Assembly (NCBI GenBank): GCA_965240325.2
Contig: OZ251223.1
Coordinates: 1,240,001-1,304,000 of the forward strand
Length of the DNA: 64,000 nucleotides
From: Rebecca billardiae RCC1528
Taxonomy: Eukaryota > Protista > Haptophyta
Direction: 5' to 3'
Shown: positions 30,582-42,285 of the stretch, piece by piece
Layout of the letters: each line of letters begins with the position of its first letter
How positions within the stretch are numbered: position 1 is the stretch's first letter
Program-made: the position numbers and the translations under genes
The notes under the pieces: generated by a model
What the model saw: the letters and a program-made list of their open reading frames with translations, nothing else
What the model was told of the DNA's origin: nothing
Database searches by the model: none

Positions 30582-32530
30582 CCAGGTCGTTCCCCGTGCA
30601 CTGGGAATCCGCGGTTTCGCCCTATTCAGAGCGCGAGGCCGCGGCATAGCAACGCAGATTTAGTCTTCCGCTTCGTCTATCAGACCACTTGAACGATCTA
30701 ATCGAGCTTTCCAATTGAAAATGACGAAACTAGATCCATCCATTGGAGAAGCCAAATCCCGAGCGCGGCAAAGCCGTGGAACGCAGTAATCAGCCTCGTC
30801 AGCGATAGTCCGCTCACGAAATCGATGCGCTGGAAATGAGTTCTTCGTGTGCAACCTGGAGGCGGGAGCCCTCCGCCGCGGGTGCGGAGCACCGATTCTG
30901 ACCCGCCCCCTGCGGCTGCGGCCGGGCACGAGTGCGATGCCGCTGGCCCCGGCTGGGGGGCGCGCCCGGGCCAGGGCACTGCGGGCGCGGATGTGCTCGC
31001 GGAGCCGGCGTGCGTGGACGGGCTGTTGCGGGAGAGTATCTGCCGCCCTCCTGCGCCGTGCGACTTGCGCCACGCCTCTTTCGCCTCGGCTCAGGGCAGC
31101 GCACACGCGCGCGCCGCCTCCGAAGGCCAGCCTTGCCTGCGCCGCAGCCGGTCGCGCGCGCGCCGTGCGCGGCGTGGTCGGGAAGGAACGGGGGGTGCTG
31201 CCGGGCGAGATGGCGACATCATGTGCGCACGCCATGCCGCCGCGCCACGCCTTGCCGAGCGTGTCGCCGGTCCGTTTGCACGCCTCTTCCAGTTGTCACA
31301 AATGGTGTCAGGTGTGCCGCACGGCCTCGCGGTCGTGACCGCTGGGGGGCGCGCCCGGGCCAGGGCGCTGCGGGCGCGGATGTGCTTGCGGAGCCGGCGT
31401 GCGTGGACGGGCTGTTGCGGGAGAGTATCTGCCGCCCTCCTGCGCCGCGCGACTTGCGCCACGCCTCTTTCGCCTCGGCTCAGGGCAGCGCGCACGCGCG
31501 CGCGCCGCCTCAAGGCCAGCCTTGCCTGCGCTGCAGCCGACCGCGCGCGCGCCGTGCGCGGCGTGGTCGGGAAGGAACGGGCGCGGCTGCCGGGCGAGAT
31601 GGCGATATCATGTGCGCACGCCATGCCGCCCCGCCACGCCTTGCCGAGCGTGTCGCCGGTCCGTTTGCACGCCTCTTCGAGTTGTCACAAATGGTGTGCA
31701 CGCGGCCTCGCGGTCGTGACCGCCTTGTCGGGACGATCATTGAGACACAGAACAGTGCCAGACGGGCACGCGGGAAACTCTTACATGAATGTTCATCACT
31801 GCGTGGTCATGTAGAAGTGCTGGGTGCGACGCTTTCCTCGCGCGGATGCACTTTCATCATCTTCTTCGAGCTCAGGTCTGGCTTCAGGCACGACAAGAAA
31901 GCAGCACTCGTCAACAGCTGTGCGGATCCGTTATCGTGCCCTTTCGCGGCGCCGCGGGGCGGCATGGCGTGCGCACATGATGTCGTCATCTCGCCCGGCA
32001 GCACCCCCCGTTCCTTCCCGACCACGCCGCGCACGGCGCGCGCGCGGTTGGCTGCGGCGCGGCAGTGCTCGGGCCTCGAGGCGGCGCGCGCGTGCGCGCT
32101 GCCCTGAGCCGCGGCGAAAAGAGGCGTGGCGCGAGACGCGCGGCGCAGGAGGGCGCCAGATACTCTCCCGCGACAGCCTGTCCACGCAAGCCGGCTCCGC
32201 GAGCACATCCGCGCCCGCAGCGCCGTGCGGCGTGCCCCGGGCGCGCCCCGCCAACGGCGCTCGGCCGCCTTGCCGCTGCCCGCCTGCCGCCGAGGGCAAA
32301 AGGTCAAGATTTGGTCGGCCCTCGCCTGCCGAGCCGCCACCGGGGGCTCCGCCCTGCCTTCTATCTCGTTGCGGCTCAATTTTGGGATTGCGAGACCAGC
32401 TCATCGATTGACGCACATCCGCACCCGCGAGACCTGAAAATCTTATTCGCGGGTAGCGACGGGTGCGTCCTGCGGCTGTTTTTCTCGTATGTCCAAACCG
32501 CGGATTCCCAGTGCAGGGGGAACGACCTGG
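30582..32530. mobile_element. TA-flanked foldback / Tc1-mariner-like non-autonomous element with internal tandem and inverted repeats
   Basis: TIR CCAGGTCGTTCCCC(G/C)TGCACTGGGAATCCGCGGTTT, TA on both sides; ~390-bp tandem units at about 30951-31340 and 31341-31722, with an inverted copy at about 31950-32250. Confidence 0.85.
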
Positions 32531-34182
32531 TAGACGAGCCTAAAATCTCATGAGCATAAGAATTTCTACCGCTTCAAGTACGACGAATTGATTCAAAGCC
32601 AAATGCGGGTGTGATTCGACGTTATGATCCATCTGCAATCATTATAGGAGCTCTCTGAAAATAAGACTACCAGTAGTGTCCTGACGCGTGACGATTCAGA
32701 TCGCGAGGCGTCACGTTGCGCCGGCCGGCTCGCGCAAAACACGACGAGTACGAGCCGATCGTCGCGCGCGGCCTCTGCGCGCGCGCGGCGGCGCGGCGCG
32801 CGGCCGGGCGCGGGAGCCTGGGCGGCGGCGGGCGCGCGGTGGGGCGTGTGCTGCCCGAGAGGCTGGCGCACTCGCCCAGCGCCGCCGCGCACACCGCCGC
32901 CGACCTCGCGCGCACGCCCTCCGTCGCGGCGACGACGGCGACGACGGCGGCGCGCGCGGGCGGCAGACGCTGTGCGAGCGCGCCACCGCCGACGCCGTCG
33001 CGCCGCCGCTGCCCCCGCCGCACCGTGCCGCCGTCGCAGAGGCCGCGCCGCCGTTGGTCGACGCGCGCGCACGCGTCGCCACGGCCGCCGCCGTCGAGAT
33101 TCATCAATTATCAAGATCGGCGCGGGCGTAGACGCTGCGGCTCGCGCAACGCGCCGCCGCCGCCGCCGCCGCTCCCCCCGCCCCCGTCCGCCCTCCCGCC
33201 CGTCCCGCGCCTCGACGGCGCGCGCCTCCAAAATGTGTGCACCACCGTGCACCGCGCCTCGTGGCGGACGGCGCGGCGCACTGGGCCGCGGCCGTGTGGG
33301 CGATGGCGCGCGGCGCGCGACCCGACGTACGCGGCGGCGCTCGGCCGCACGCTCGAGGGGCCGCTGTGCGCGCTCGCCGCGCCGCCGCTGCCCGCCGCCG
33401 CCGCAAGCCGCAAGTCGCTCGCGCGCCGCGGCCGCGGCCGAGGCGGGACGGGCGGGAGGCGGCGGCTCGGCGCGCGCTGCGGAGGCGCCGCTGCTGCCGC
33501 TGCGCGCGGCGCAGCGGCTTCTCGCGTAGTGGTCGGGCGCGGCGCTGAGTGGCTGCTCTGCGCGCAGCGCGGCTGCGCACACAACGCGCGTGCGAGCTCG
33601 CGTGCACCCCCGGCGCCGCCGCCCGGCTGTCGGACTCGCCAGTGACTCGGCTGCATTCGGCGCATGCACCCGTCCGACCGTCCGACCGTGTCGTCACAAG
33701 CCGGCGGCTGCTGCTCACAAGCTGCGTGATTCGTGACGAAGAAAGAACGTCAACGCGACAACTAGCAGCCACTATCGGGCCGTGCGCCCTCAACTTCGTT
33801 GTTTACTACCCGAAGATCGGCGTAGCCGATCATATCATATCATATCATATCATATTCTGGTGAACACAGCTTTAAACAATTTTAATTCGTGACAAAGCCC
33901 TGGGAGTGGGAGACCCAGCTCCGACCCCCTTTAATTGGGTGTCACCTACTGCTGTCCAAAGTAATACCGGAGTAGGAATACGAACAATGGGGCCTCAAAC
34001 GTTTTTTGATTAGGCACGCCTCGGGAATCGAGAACGCATGTCGTTACCTTTTTGAGCGCGCGCTATAGGGATGTCGTTGCGATTCCCACAAATCTGGTGG
34101 CGATCTTACCGGTACCCCCTTACCCGGTACCGCCTTACGCCCTTCCCCAAACTCCCGCCTCGAGAAGCGCCGAGGGGTTGTC

Positions 34183-35425
34183 TTGACCGTGCTCGACATG
34201 GCCGCGTCGGCTGGCGATGTCGTGCACGAGATCGATTTGTTCGTGCTGTACGCGGCGTGTGTCGTGCAGATGAGGAAGCGGAGCGCGGCGGCGTGCGCGC
34301 AGTTCGCCAACGTGCGTGCAGCCCTGGCCATTCTCATCCGCCGGTACCGCGGCGTGGGCGACGCGGGCGGCGCGCGCATTTCGGACGCGCTGTCCAAACA
34401 CGTCGCGCGCTGGGACGAGCGCGTCGCCGGGCTGCGCGCGTCCGAACTGCGCGACGAGCCGTTTGTCGAGCTGGCGCGTCTCGCCGTGCAGCCGCACGAC
34501 GCCACGCGTTCGGGCGCGCGCGCGCCCGCAGCCTCGCACCCAAGCTGCGAGACGCCGGCGGCGCTCGACGCGTGCCTCGCGCAGCTGCGCGCGCGGCTGG
34601 CGAGCACGCTGAACGACGTGGACGAGGCGCGCAACGCGGAGCGTCGCGACACACGCCGCGCGCAACGAGCCGCCCCGCGCGTGGCGCGCGACCCCGCCGC
34701 GACCGACGCGGTCGCGCGCCAACACGGCGCGCGGGTTACGCGCGGGCAACCCCACGCGCCGGCCAGAGCTGCAGCTGCTGCACGACTACCACGCGTCGAC
34801 GGGCGGCTTCCGCGTGGCGAACAGCATGCGCCTCGCCGCGCGCCCGCCCGACGCGCCGGATCACGCCGCCACGGTCGTGGAGGTCAAGGCGGACATTCGC
34901 GCGTGCGCCGAGCTCACCGACGCGGACGTGGCGCGCGTCACGGGGGCGTTCGCGCGCGCGGACGGCGCGGTCACGATGCACGTGTGCGGCGCGTGCGGCA
35001 TTCGCGACCCGACGATCGCGTACACGCGCAGCGTGCCGCTCGCCGACCTGCCCGACTCGCACTGGCTCGTCATAACCCCCGCGGGCCTCGCCGACCTCGA
35101 CGCGTTGCCGCACATCCATCTGCTCGCCGAGCGGCCGCCCGCGCCGCGCGCGCCGCCGCCGCCGTCCGACGACGCGCAGCCGCCGCCGCTCGAGCCGCGG
35201 TACGAGGAGGTGCGCGTGCGCCGGCGCGAGCTGCACAACATGTACACCGACGCGAGCCGCTCGTACCACGTCGTGCCGGCTCGCCCCGCACCCGTGCAGA
35301 CCCGAGACCGGTGGGCCATCCGCTGTGCGTGCCGTTGCCGCGCCGTCGTGCCCGAGCGGCCGTGCGCAGCGACGACTGCATCGACGCGCGCCTCGCCGTG
35401 CGCCTCGGTGGGCTGCGTGCAATGA
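34183..35425 (+). pseudogene. Frameshifted coding remnant, possibly N-terminal part of a Helitron Rep/Hel protein
   Basis: Host-like codon usage in two consecutive frames; VCGACGIRDP ... SYHVVP motif. Family assignment is by recollection only. Confidence 0.3.
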
Positions 35426-35581
35426 ACCGCGGTGGCGGTGCGGTACCGTGCTGTGGCGCCGCGCGCGCGCGCCTGCGGCGCGCCACCGGATGATACCGTT
35501 ATAGTCAGCGCTGAACGGCCAACTCGTCCCATCGTCGTCGGGTCTGCCGGCCCTAACCAGCTTCTCCGTCGCGTCCTACAC

Positions 35582-36159
35582 GCGCTGTGTTCGACCAGCC
35601 CCACCGGGACAAGGCCGCCAGGCCCCCGCACGGTGTGACGGCACGCACACGCACGGCGCACATCAGCCTGCATGCAGTCGCTGTAGATTGGCGCACCGGG
35701 ACAATGTGATCGTCCGATCCCCGGCACACCGTCGCGGCGCTCACAGAATACGCACTCACTCGCTCCCATCACATCCAACCCATTCCTCATCAGGCGACAA
35801 ATAATGGCGCAAATCCTGAATATCGGCATCCATATATTTCACAGCACGTATGCATTCCGCGACGCAGCGGCTCCGTTGCAGGAAATAGCCGCTAGCCACA
35901 GATGTGCGATGCCACCCCCTCATCGTCAGTCACGGCCCGGCTCGCGTAACTGTCGTACCACAACTTACCACAAGACGATCGGAACTTCACACAACACATT
36001 GCGGCCGCCCCCTGAATATATTATAAGATTATATTAAAGATTAATACGCCATATTATAGCACTTTTAGCAGCGCGCAGAATCTAATAGTCTCAATCGGCG
36101 CCCGTCGCCGCGCTGTGTGTTCGACCAGCCCCACCGGGACAAGGCCGCTAGGCCCCCGC
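35582..36159 (+). repeat. ~50-bp direct repeat (about 35582-35629 and 36110-36159)
   Basis: gcgctgtg(tg)ttcgaccagccccaccgggacaaggccgc(c/t)aggcccccgc occurs twice. Confidence 0.85.
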
Positions 36160-36383
36160 TGTTTATATGCCAATTCCGATTAATACTACTCGGCCGAGTC
36201 AAAGAGTGAGTCAGCCGTGAGCAAGTACTGTGATCCGCCAGAATCCGGGCAGTGCTGCCCGGAGCTGGTACCGGGTAGAATAAGGCCAGAGCAGACCGCG
36301 GAAACGCCCTGTTGGCCTGTCGTCTGCTGCTTCATGAGGTCCTAGTTCTCTTTGGCGCGCGGCCGATGATTGCGACGGTATCA

Positions 36384-37175
36384 TCACTGAGACGATGCCA
36401 TGAAAAGGCGGATCATCTTTGGATAGGACGACGTCTGCACGAACACGTCGCCTGGGCCGGTGAGCACCGTGTTGAAGAGGCCCTCGCCCCCGCAGCAACA
36501 GACGGCAAAAGAGCCAGTCTGGCGCACATCGAACTTGACGCTTTCGGAGAACGCCAGGAGGGAGCCCGTCTCCACGAGCATCTCCTCGCCTGCCGCGAGC
36601 TTCTTCTTGATCACCGTGCCTCCGCCAGAGAGAAGGGCGACCGAGTCTTCGCCTGCGCCGTTGATCTGCTGGACGATGGGCGGCAGTCCACCGCAGCAGC
36701 ATGCCGTAAGAGAGCGCGCAGGCACCAAGCCGGCGGTGACTGTCACGTCGGGCGTGCTCGCCATCCACGCGCCCTGGGCCGCAATCAGCCGGCCATTGTA
36801 ATCGCGCATGTGAATTGGGATGACGCCTGCCATGGGCGCATTTGTCGAGAGGCCGAGGTAGGCGGGCTCAGAGGTCATGTTGGTGAACATGATCTTGAAT
36901 ACATTCTCACCGCCAACCATACCGCCCAGGTTGAGTGCCGCGTCCATTTTCACGCCCGGTGACATGAAGTTCAGGGCGCCGCGCTCGGCCGCAAACTGCT
37001 CGCCAGGTGCGAGTGTCTTCGTGACGATGCAGTAGCGCTCGCCCTTGACCTCGTACCCCGGCGGCCAGTCGCGCGTGCCCGTGCGGCCAAGCGCCGTTGG
37101 CTTCGTCCAGTACGCCGGCGGCCCCTCGGCCGACATCCCTTCGGGCCGCCCCCCCGGCCGTCCAGCGTTGTCCAT
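36384..37175 (-). CDS. AIM24 / TIGR00266-family protein 1 (intronless)
   Basis: LAPGEQFAAERGALNFM, GGENVFK, GGGTVIKKKLAAGEEMLVETGSLLAF, GGEGLFNTVLTGPGDVFVQT. Confidence 0.88.
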   Translation of the reverse strand: MDNAGRPGGRPEGMSAEGPPAYWTKPTALGRTGTRDWPPGYEVKGERYCIVTKTLAPGEQFAAERGALNFMSPGVKMDAALNLGGMVGGENVFKIMFTNMTSEPAYLGLSTNAPMAGVIPIHMRDYNGRLIAAQGAWMASTPDVTVTAGLVPARSLTACCCGGLPPIVQQINGAGEDSVALLSGGGTVIKKKLAAGEEMLVETGSLLAFSESVKFDVRQTGSFAVCCCGGEGLFNTVLTGPGDVFVQTSSYPKMIRLFMASSQ

Positions 37176-37492
37176 TGGCCCCTTGCGCACCCGGCTGCAG
37201 CTGGGAGGCCTTTGCCGGGCCGCCGCCGCCGCCGCCGGCGATGCATCATGATCAGTCCGGTGACGATTTCATCAATAATAATATGTTCGCAGCCTCTCTG
37301 ATCAAGGCAGCGGCGAAAAGCGAGCGCGTTCCGAACGCGGGGTAACTGGCGGCGGTAGTTTTGGGCGGCGGAGCAGTCGTCCTTGGCACTCATATGACAG
37401 TCGTCACATGAACACTCACGGCGCCATCGCGCGCGCCCGACCGGGGCGGGGGCCGGGTGGACACGAGGAGACGGAGTACTCAGGCTGGGCGC

Positions 37493-38519
37493 TCACCCAA
37501 GCCCCCCGTCAAACGCCACGCCACCCATCATCCCACGCGCTGGCCTGAACCGCACGTACCACTGGAGCGCCTTGACCATCTTGCCCTTGGTGTACGACTG
37601 GAAGTAGACATTGCCCGGACCGGTCACCGTCGTGTTGAACAAGCCCTCGCCGCCGCAGCACGCGGTACACATGTTCCCGGTCATCTGGATGTCGAGCTCG
37701 ACGCCCTCTTCCCACGCGATCAGCGCCGTCGTCTCGAGCACCAGCTGCTCGCCCTCCGCCAGCTCCTTGTGCATCACCGTGCCGAACGACCAGACGAACG
37801 CCAGGTCGTCGCCCTCGATCGTCTGCCGGATGCAGCCCTGCCCGGCGCAGCACGCGGTGCGCGGGTTGCAGTCGCAGTCAAAGCTCACGTCGGTGCCCTC
37901 CGTGCCGACAAAGAACGTGCCGTTCTTCGTGCGGTACTTCCGCTCTCCCGTCGTCCCGTCGTCCCGCTGCAGCTCGAGCGGCACCACTGCGGCGCGACAG
38001 AAGGTCGCCAGTGGGAGCGCGTGCTGTGTGAGGGCGCGCCTCGAGTGCGCGCGCACGCGTGCGCAGTCGGGCGTGGCGCGACGAACGTAGCTGCGCACGC
38101 GTACCCTTGCCCGGGAACTTTGGCGTGAGCGCAATCACCGCCTTCTCCTCGGCCGTATTCGTGAACGTCGTCAGGCAGCAAGCCTCCCCCGAGAAGCAGC
38201 GGCCGCAGCACTTCAGCGGATTACAGCTCACGCCCGGATAGATCACGATATCCATGGCCATCATCGAGCCGGGCTCGGCGAGGATCTTCTCGCCGGGCTT
38301 GAGCACGAAGTTGAGCACCTGCATGTCCGCGCCCGAGATCTCGTACCGCCCCGACGCCGCCGTGCCCGGGAGCACTTCGGAGATGCCCTTTGCGTCGGGA
38401 GGCGCCATCACCGCGTCATCGGCGTCTACGCCGGTGGACGCCTCGACGCCATCGGGGAGAAGACTCTCCTTTGGAGGCGGCTCCTCCGCGACGTTTGGCT
38501 TGCCACCGCAGCAGAGCAT
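37493..38519 (-). CDS. AIM24-family protein 2; exons 38519-38105 and 37986-37493
   Basis: LKPGEKILAEPGSMM, SGEACC, TPKFPGK|VVPL, GTVMHKELAEGEQLVL, GGEGLFNTTVTGPGNVYFQS; 118-bp GT..AG intron 38104-37987. Confidence 0.88.
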
Positions 38520-38859
38520 CGCGCCTGACCGCGCGAGGCCCTGCCTCTCGGCAGCCGTCCGCGGACTCGCGGATCGACCCGTCCGCGATGCTGAGGTTGG
38601 AAGGAGCCGAAGACAGTCGGCTGCAGAACAGTTGACGAAGCTTCTATTCAGATACCCACCTGCTCGATGTGTCTCAATATGCCCAATTATCAACAGCCAG
38701 CTGCGCTCGTTCTTGTTGTCTCACTTTTCGACGTGAACGCAAGAACGAGAAGTATAATAATCAAGTCGAGCTTCGGCATTGTCAGGGCTTTCTGAGCTTT
38801 GGACGGCTGTGCGGTGATCTCGCGTCGCAGGCGGGTGCCCGGCCACGGCGGCGGCTGCG

Positions 38860-39814
38860 ATGGTCGAGCCGGAGGGCGCACTCCTCCCTGGCAAGGCGCG
38901 AAGCGACGACCGCCCGACCTTTGCCGCGCGGCTGCTCCCAGCAAAGACCTCCGGCCAGTCCGGCCAATACGAGGTGAGCGGCGGCGCTGACCAGTATGTT
39001 TACATCGAACTCAAGAAGGGTGACCGGGCGGTCGCCGCGCCCGGCGCGATGCTCTTCATGGCACCAACGCTCGAGATGAGCCTTGACTGTTCGAGCATGC
39101 TCGGGCGCTGCTGCTCCGGCGAAGCATGCTGCCTCACCGCCTTCGAGCCCGTCGCCTCCGATGGCTCGCGCCCAGCCTATGTCGCCTTCACGCCTTATGC
39201 GCCTGCGATTGGTGCGCGCGTGCGCATGCCACAGCGCGCCCGGGGCGGGAGTGCGGTGGCGCACACGCGGCTCGCGCACGCGATCGGCCATGTCTCACTC
39301 GCCCCATGCAATTCCCTGCGCACACGCGCCGCCAGTCGTGCCACTCGAGCTCGAGCGCGTCGGGCACATGCACGTGAAGCGGGGCGCGTTCATGGCCGGC
39401 GTGAACGACGTGACGGTCGACTTCACCTGCGACTGCAACCCGGCGACGTGCTGCTGCTCGGGAATGGGGTGCGTGCGGCAGCGGCTCGAGGGCACAGGCG
39501 TTGCGTTCGTCCAGGGCACCGGCACCGTGATGACCAAGACGCTCGCCGAGGGCGAGAAGTTTGTGCTCGATACGAACACGCTCCTGGCCTGGGAGCCGAG
39601 CACCAAGCTGGGCGTGCGGCCGGCGTCGCTCAACCCGTGTGTGTGCTGCATGTGGCAGCAGGGGTGCTGCAACACGACGCTCGAGGGCCCGGGCACGATC
39701 TACATGCAGAGCAAGACGGTCGGGCAGATGCAGGCATACCTGCGTGTCCCTGCCCCGTCGCGAGAGAACGGAAATCGGTCATCGGCAGAGACGATCGACA
39801 CCGCTTTCGAGTGA
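38860..39814 (+). CDS. AIM24-family protein 3; exons 38860-39211 and 39336-39814
   Basis: LKKGDRAVAAPGAMLFM, SGEACC, TPYAPAI|VVPL, GTVMTKTLAEGEKFVLD, LEGPGTIYMQS; 124-bp GT..AG intron 39212-39335. Confidence 0.88.
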
Positions 39815-39927
39815 GCGCCTGGCCCCGCGTCGCGTCAACGGTCGCCGCTGAGCGCCGCTGCCATCAGTGACGATTCCAGTCTTTAACTACTCGGCACTCT
39901 GGCAGCACTTGAGGCTGCTCGCTCTTT

Positions 39928-39947
39928 AGAGAGAGAGAGAGAGAGAC

Positions 39948-40006
<59 letters not shown>
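39928..40006. repeat. (GA)n microsatellite
   Basis: Direct reading, one short interruption. Confidence 0.97.
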
Positions 40007-40009
<3 letters not shown>

Positions 40010-40068
40010 TACTTTCTCTTTGGCTTATTAAAACAGCATAATTTGTAATAATAAATTATTTATTATAT

Positions 40069-41116
40069 GGCCCGCGGTGCAGGGTGGAGCCCGCAGCGTG
40101 GAGCCCGCTCCGCGGGCACTAATCTCGCCTGCCTGAGCTGTGTGCGTCTCTTATTCTTAGTAAACTGTAACCATCGGCACGTTTCAAAAATTGATCACTT
40201 GATCGAGTTTCGAATTTTGAGACCTCCGCCTTAACACATGCATTCGGGCACGAAAAGGACGCGCCCGGGTTCAGTATTCCGAACATGCGCGCCGGAGTGA
40301 CGCCGGTCCGTCCAAAAAAACTCGCGTCCAAACGTTATTTAGGACGTGTAACGTAACGAACCGTTACGACGAGCGATTTTTGGCCGGCCAATGAGATATT
40401 CAAGGAGCGACGACGACGTTTGATGATGATCAAAGGTTGATCGCGCATAAGAGTTCCAGCAGGCTCCCAGCCGCGTTTCGCGCGCGCCGGCGCACCGATT
40501 GGTCCGGGTTATTTTGGTTTGATGACCAATTGACCATTGGTCATAAAACCACCAAATATGCTGTACGACTCCAAATTCTGAGCAAGCCGTTCGGCGAAGA
40601 GCGTGCGCCGGTGCGCGCCACGACTCGGCCCTGCGACGAGCGAGTTCGGCGAAGCAGTCAGTGGCAAGTGGCGCAAGTAGGCGAGTGCGCGCGGCTGCGG
40701 CGGGTCCCGACGACGGTTGTAGTCGGCGTCGCTTTCGTGAGTGCCCCGCGCTCACCCCGCGCGCCCCGCCCTGCCGATCCCTCTTCGGCCCAGTCAGTGC
40801 GGTAGTTTCTAGCCGAGCACGACCGGACTGGCGGACACGAATCGATGTCGACGCCCGCGCGCGGATGGAGAGCAGTCGGCGACGGTACGAGGAGGAGACC
40901 GCGGGGCATCCTAAGTAATGGCCTAACTAAAGCCGCCACTTTACTAAAGGCGGGGGTGTCCGACTCATAAATTCGAAACTCGGTCTCCTCCGCCAGCAGC
41001 CGCCCTGAAATTCGTCCCCCGTCCCTTTTTTCTTGCTGATCAAAGATCTTTTTGAAACGTGGTTAGGGCCCGCACTGCGGGCTCCACGCTGCGCGCTCCG
41101 CCCTGCACCGCGGGCC
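40069..41116. mobile_element. Non-autonomous TIR element with AT flanks (ISL2EU-like)
   Basis: ~54-bp imperfect TIR GGCCCGCGGTGCAGGG(T/C)GGAGC(C/G)CGCAGCGTGGAGCCCGC...; AT dinucleotide on both sides; no intact ORF. Confidence 0.8.
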
Positions 41117-41137
41117 ATCATGATCAATCATTATTCA

Positions 41138-42236
41138 TCATCCGCTGAGCATGCGTGTCCAGTCGTAGGGCTCCCAGCGCTTGGAGAAGGCGAGCACGCG
41201 CTCTTTCTGCTCGGCGAAGGAGAGCTTCGGCCGCGAGCGCATGGGTATGCCGGCGTCGTCGCTCTCCAGCAGCCCTTCCAGCACCTGCCGGCCAAAGTCG
41301 AGTGGGAACGCATCCTGCCGCGGCCGCGCAGAGGGCGCGCGTGGGTGTGGGCGGTCGAGCGCGCATGAGCCGCGGCGGCGCGCACGCGCACGGCGGCGGC
41401 GCGCTTGGCGTATCGAGCGCGGGCGCACCTCGTCCTCCACGTGATGCGCGAAGCCGCGGTCCAGCCCGAACTGCACGTGGAAGTAGGCAAAGTTGGGCGG
41501 CACGCTGCGCCGGATGCCCTTGCCGCTCGTGTCGATGAGCGGCTTGTGCTGCGCCCACTCGCCGCCCGCCTCCAGAATCGCCTTCCGGAAGAATGCCGGC
41601 GCCGCGTCGGCGTCGGCGTCGGGCAGCGGGATCGCCTCGATGCTCAGGTGGCGGCGCTGCTTCGGCAGCCCCACCGCGAGCTCGAGGAAGCACGCGCGCT
41701 TCCCCTCCGCCGCGTACATCTGTATCAGACACTTCTGGAAGTTTCGCAGCTCGTCGCACACCTCGTCGGACGCCATCGTCGTCGCAAGCTCGTGCCCAAG
41801 AGGCTCGAGCACGCAGTGGCCCGGGGCGACGCCCGCGACCTCGGGGAGGCGGAGGTAGGTGTGGTTGCCGATCGCGACGATGAGCGGCTTGAGCCGCGCC
41901 ACGCGCTGCTCGGCGCGCTCCGCCAGGATCGAGAGCTGAGGGCCGGCGCCGCTGCCCGCGCCCTCGCCCAGCGCCGCACCGGCCGCGCCGCGCCGCATCC
42001 CGCGCCGCGCTTCGAGCATGCCCGCGCCGTCGTCGTGGTCATACTCGTCGTCGGCGGAGAGGCCCTTGAAGCGCTTGCTCGTCGTGATGGCGCTCGCGAG
42101 CTGCTCGTCCACGCCGCTGCGCGACGTGCGCTTCTCCGCGCCGTACAGCGCGCCGAGGTCGTGCTCGTCGTCGTCCGCAAAATAGCGCTGCCTCTCGCCT
42201 CCCTCATACAGCTGAGTGCGCCCGCCGCTGCGCCGC

Positions 42237-42285
<49 letters not shown>

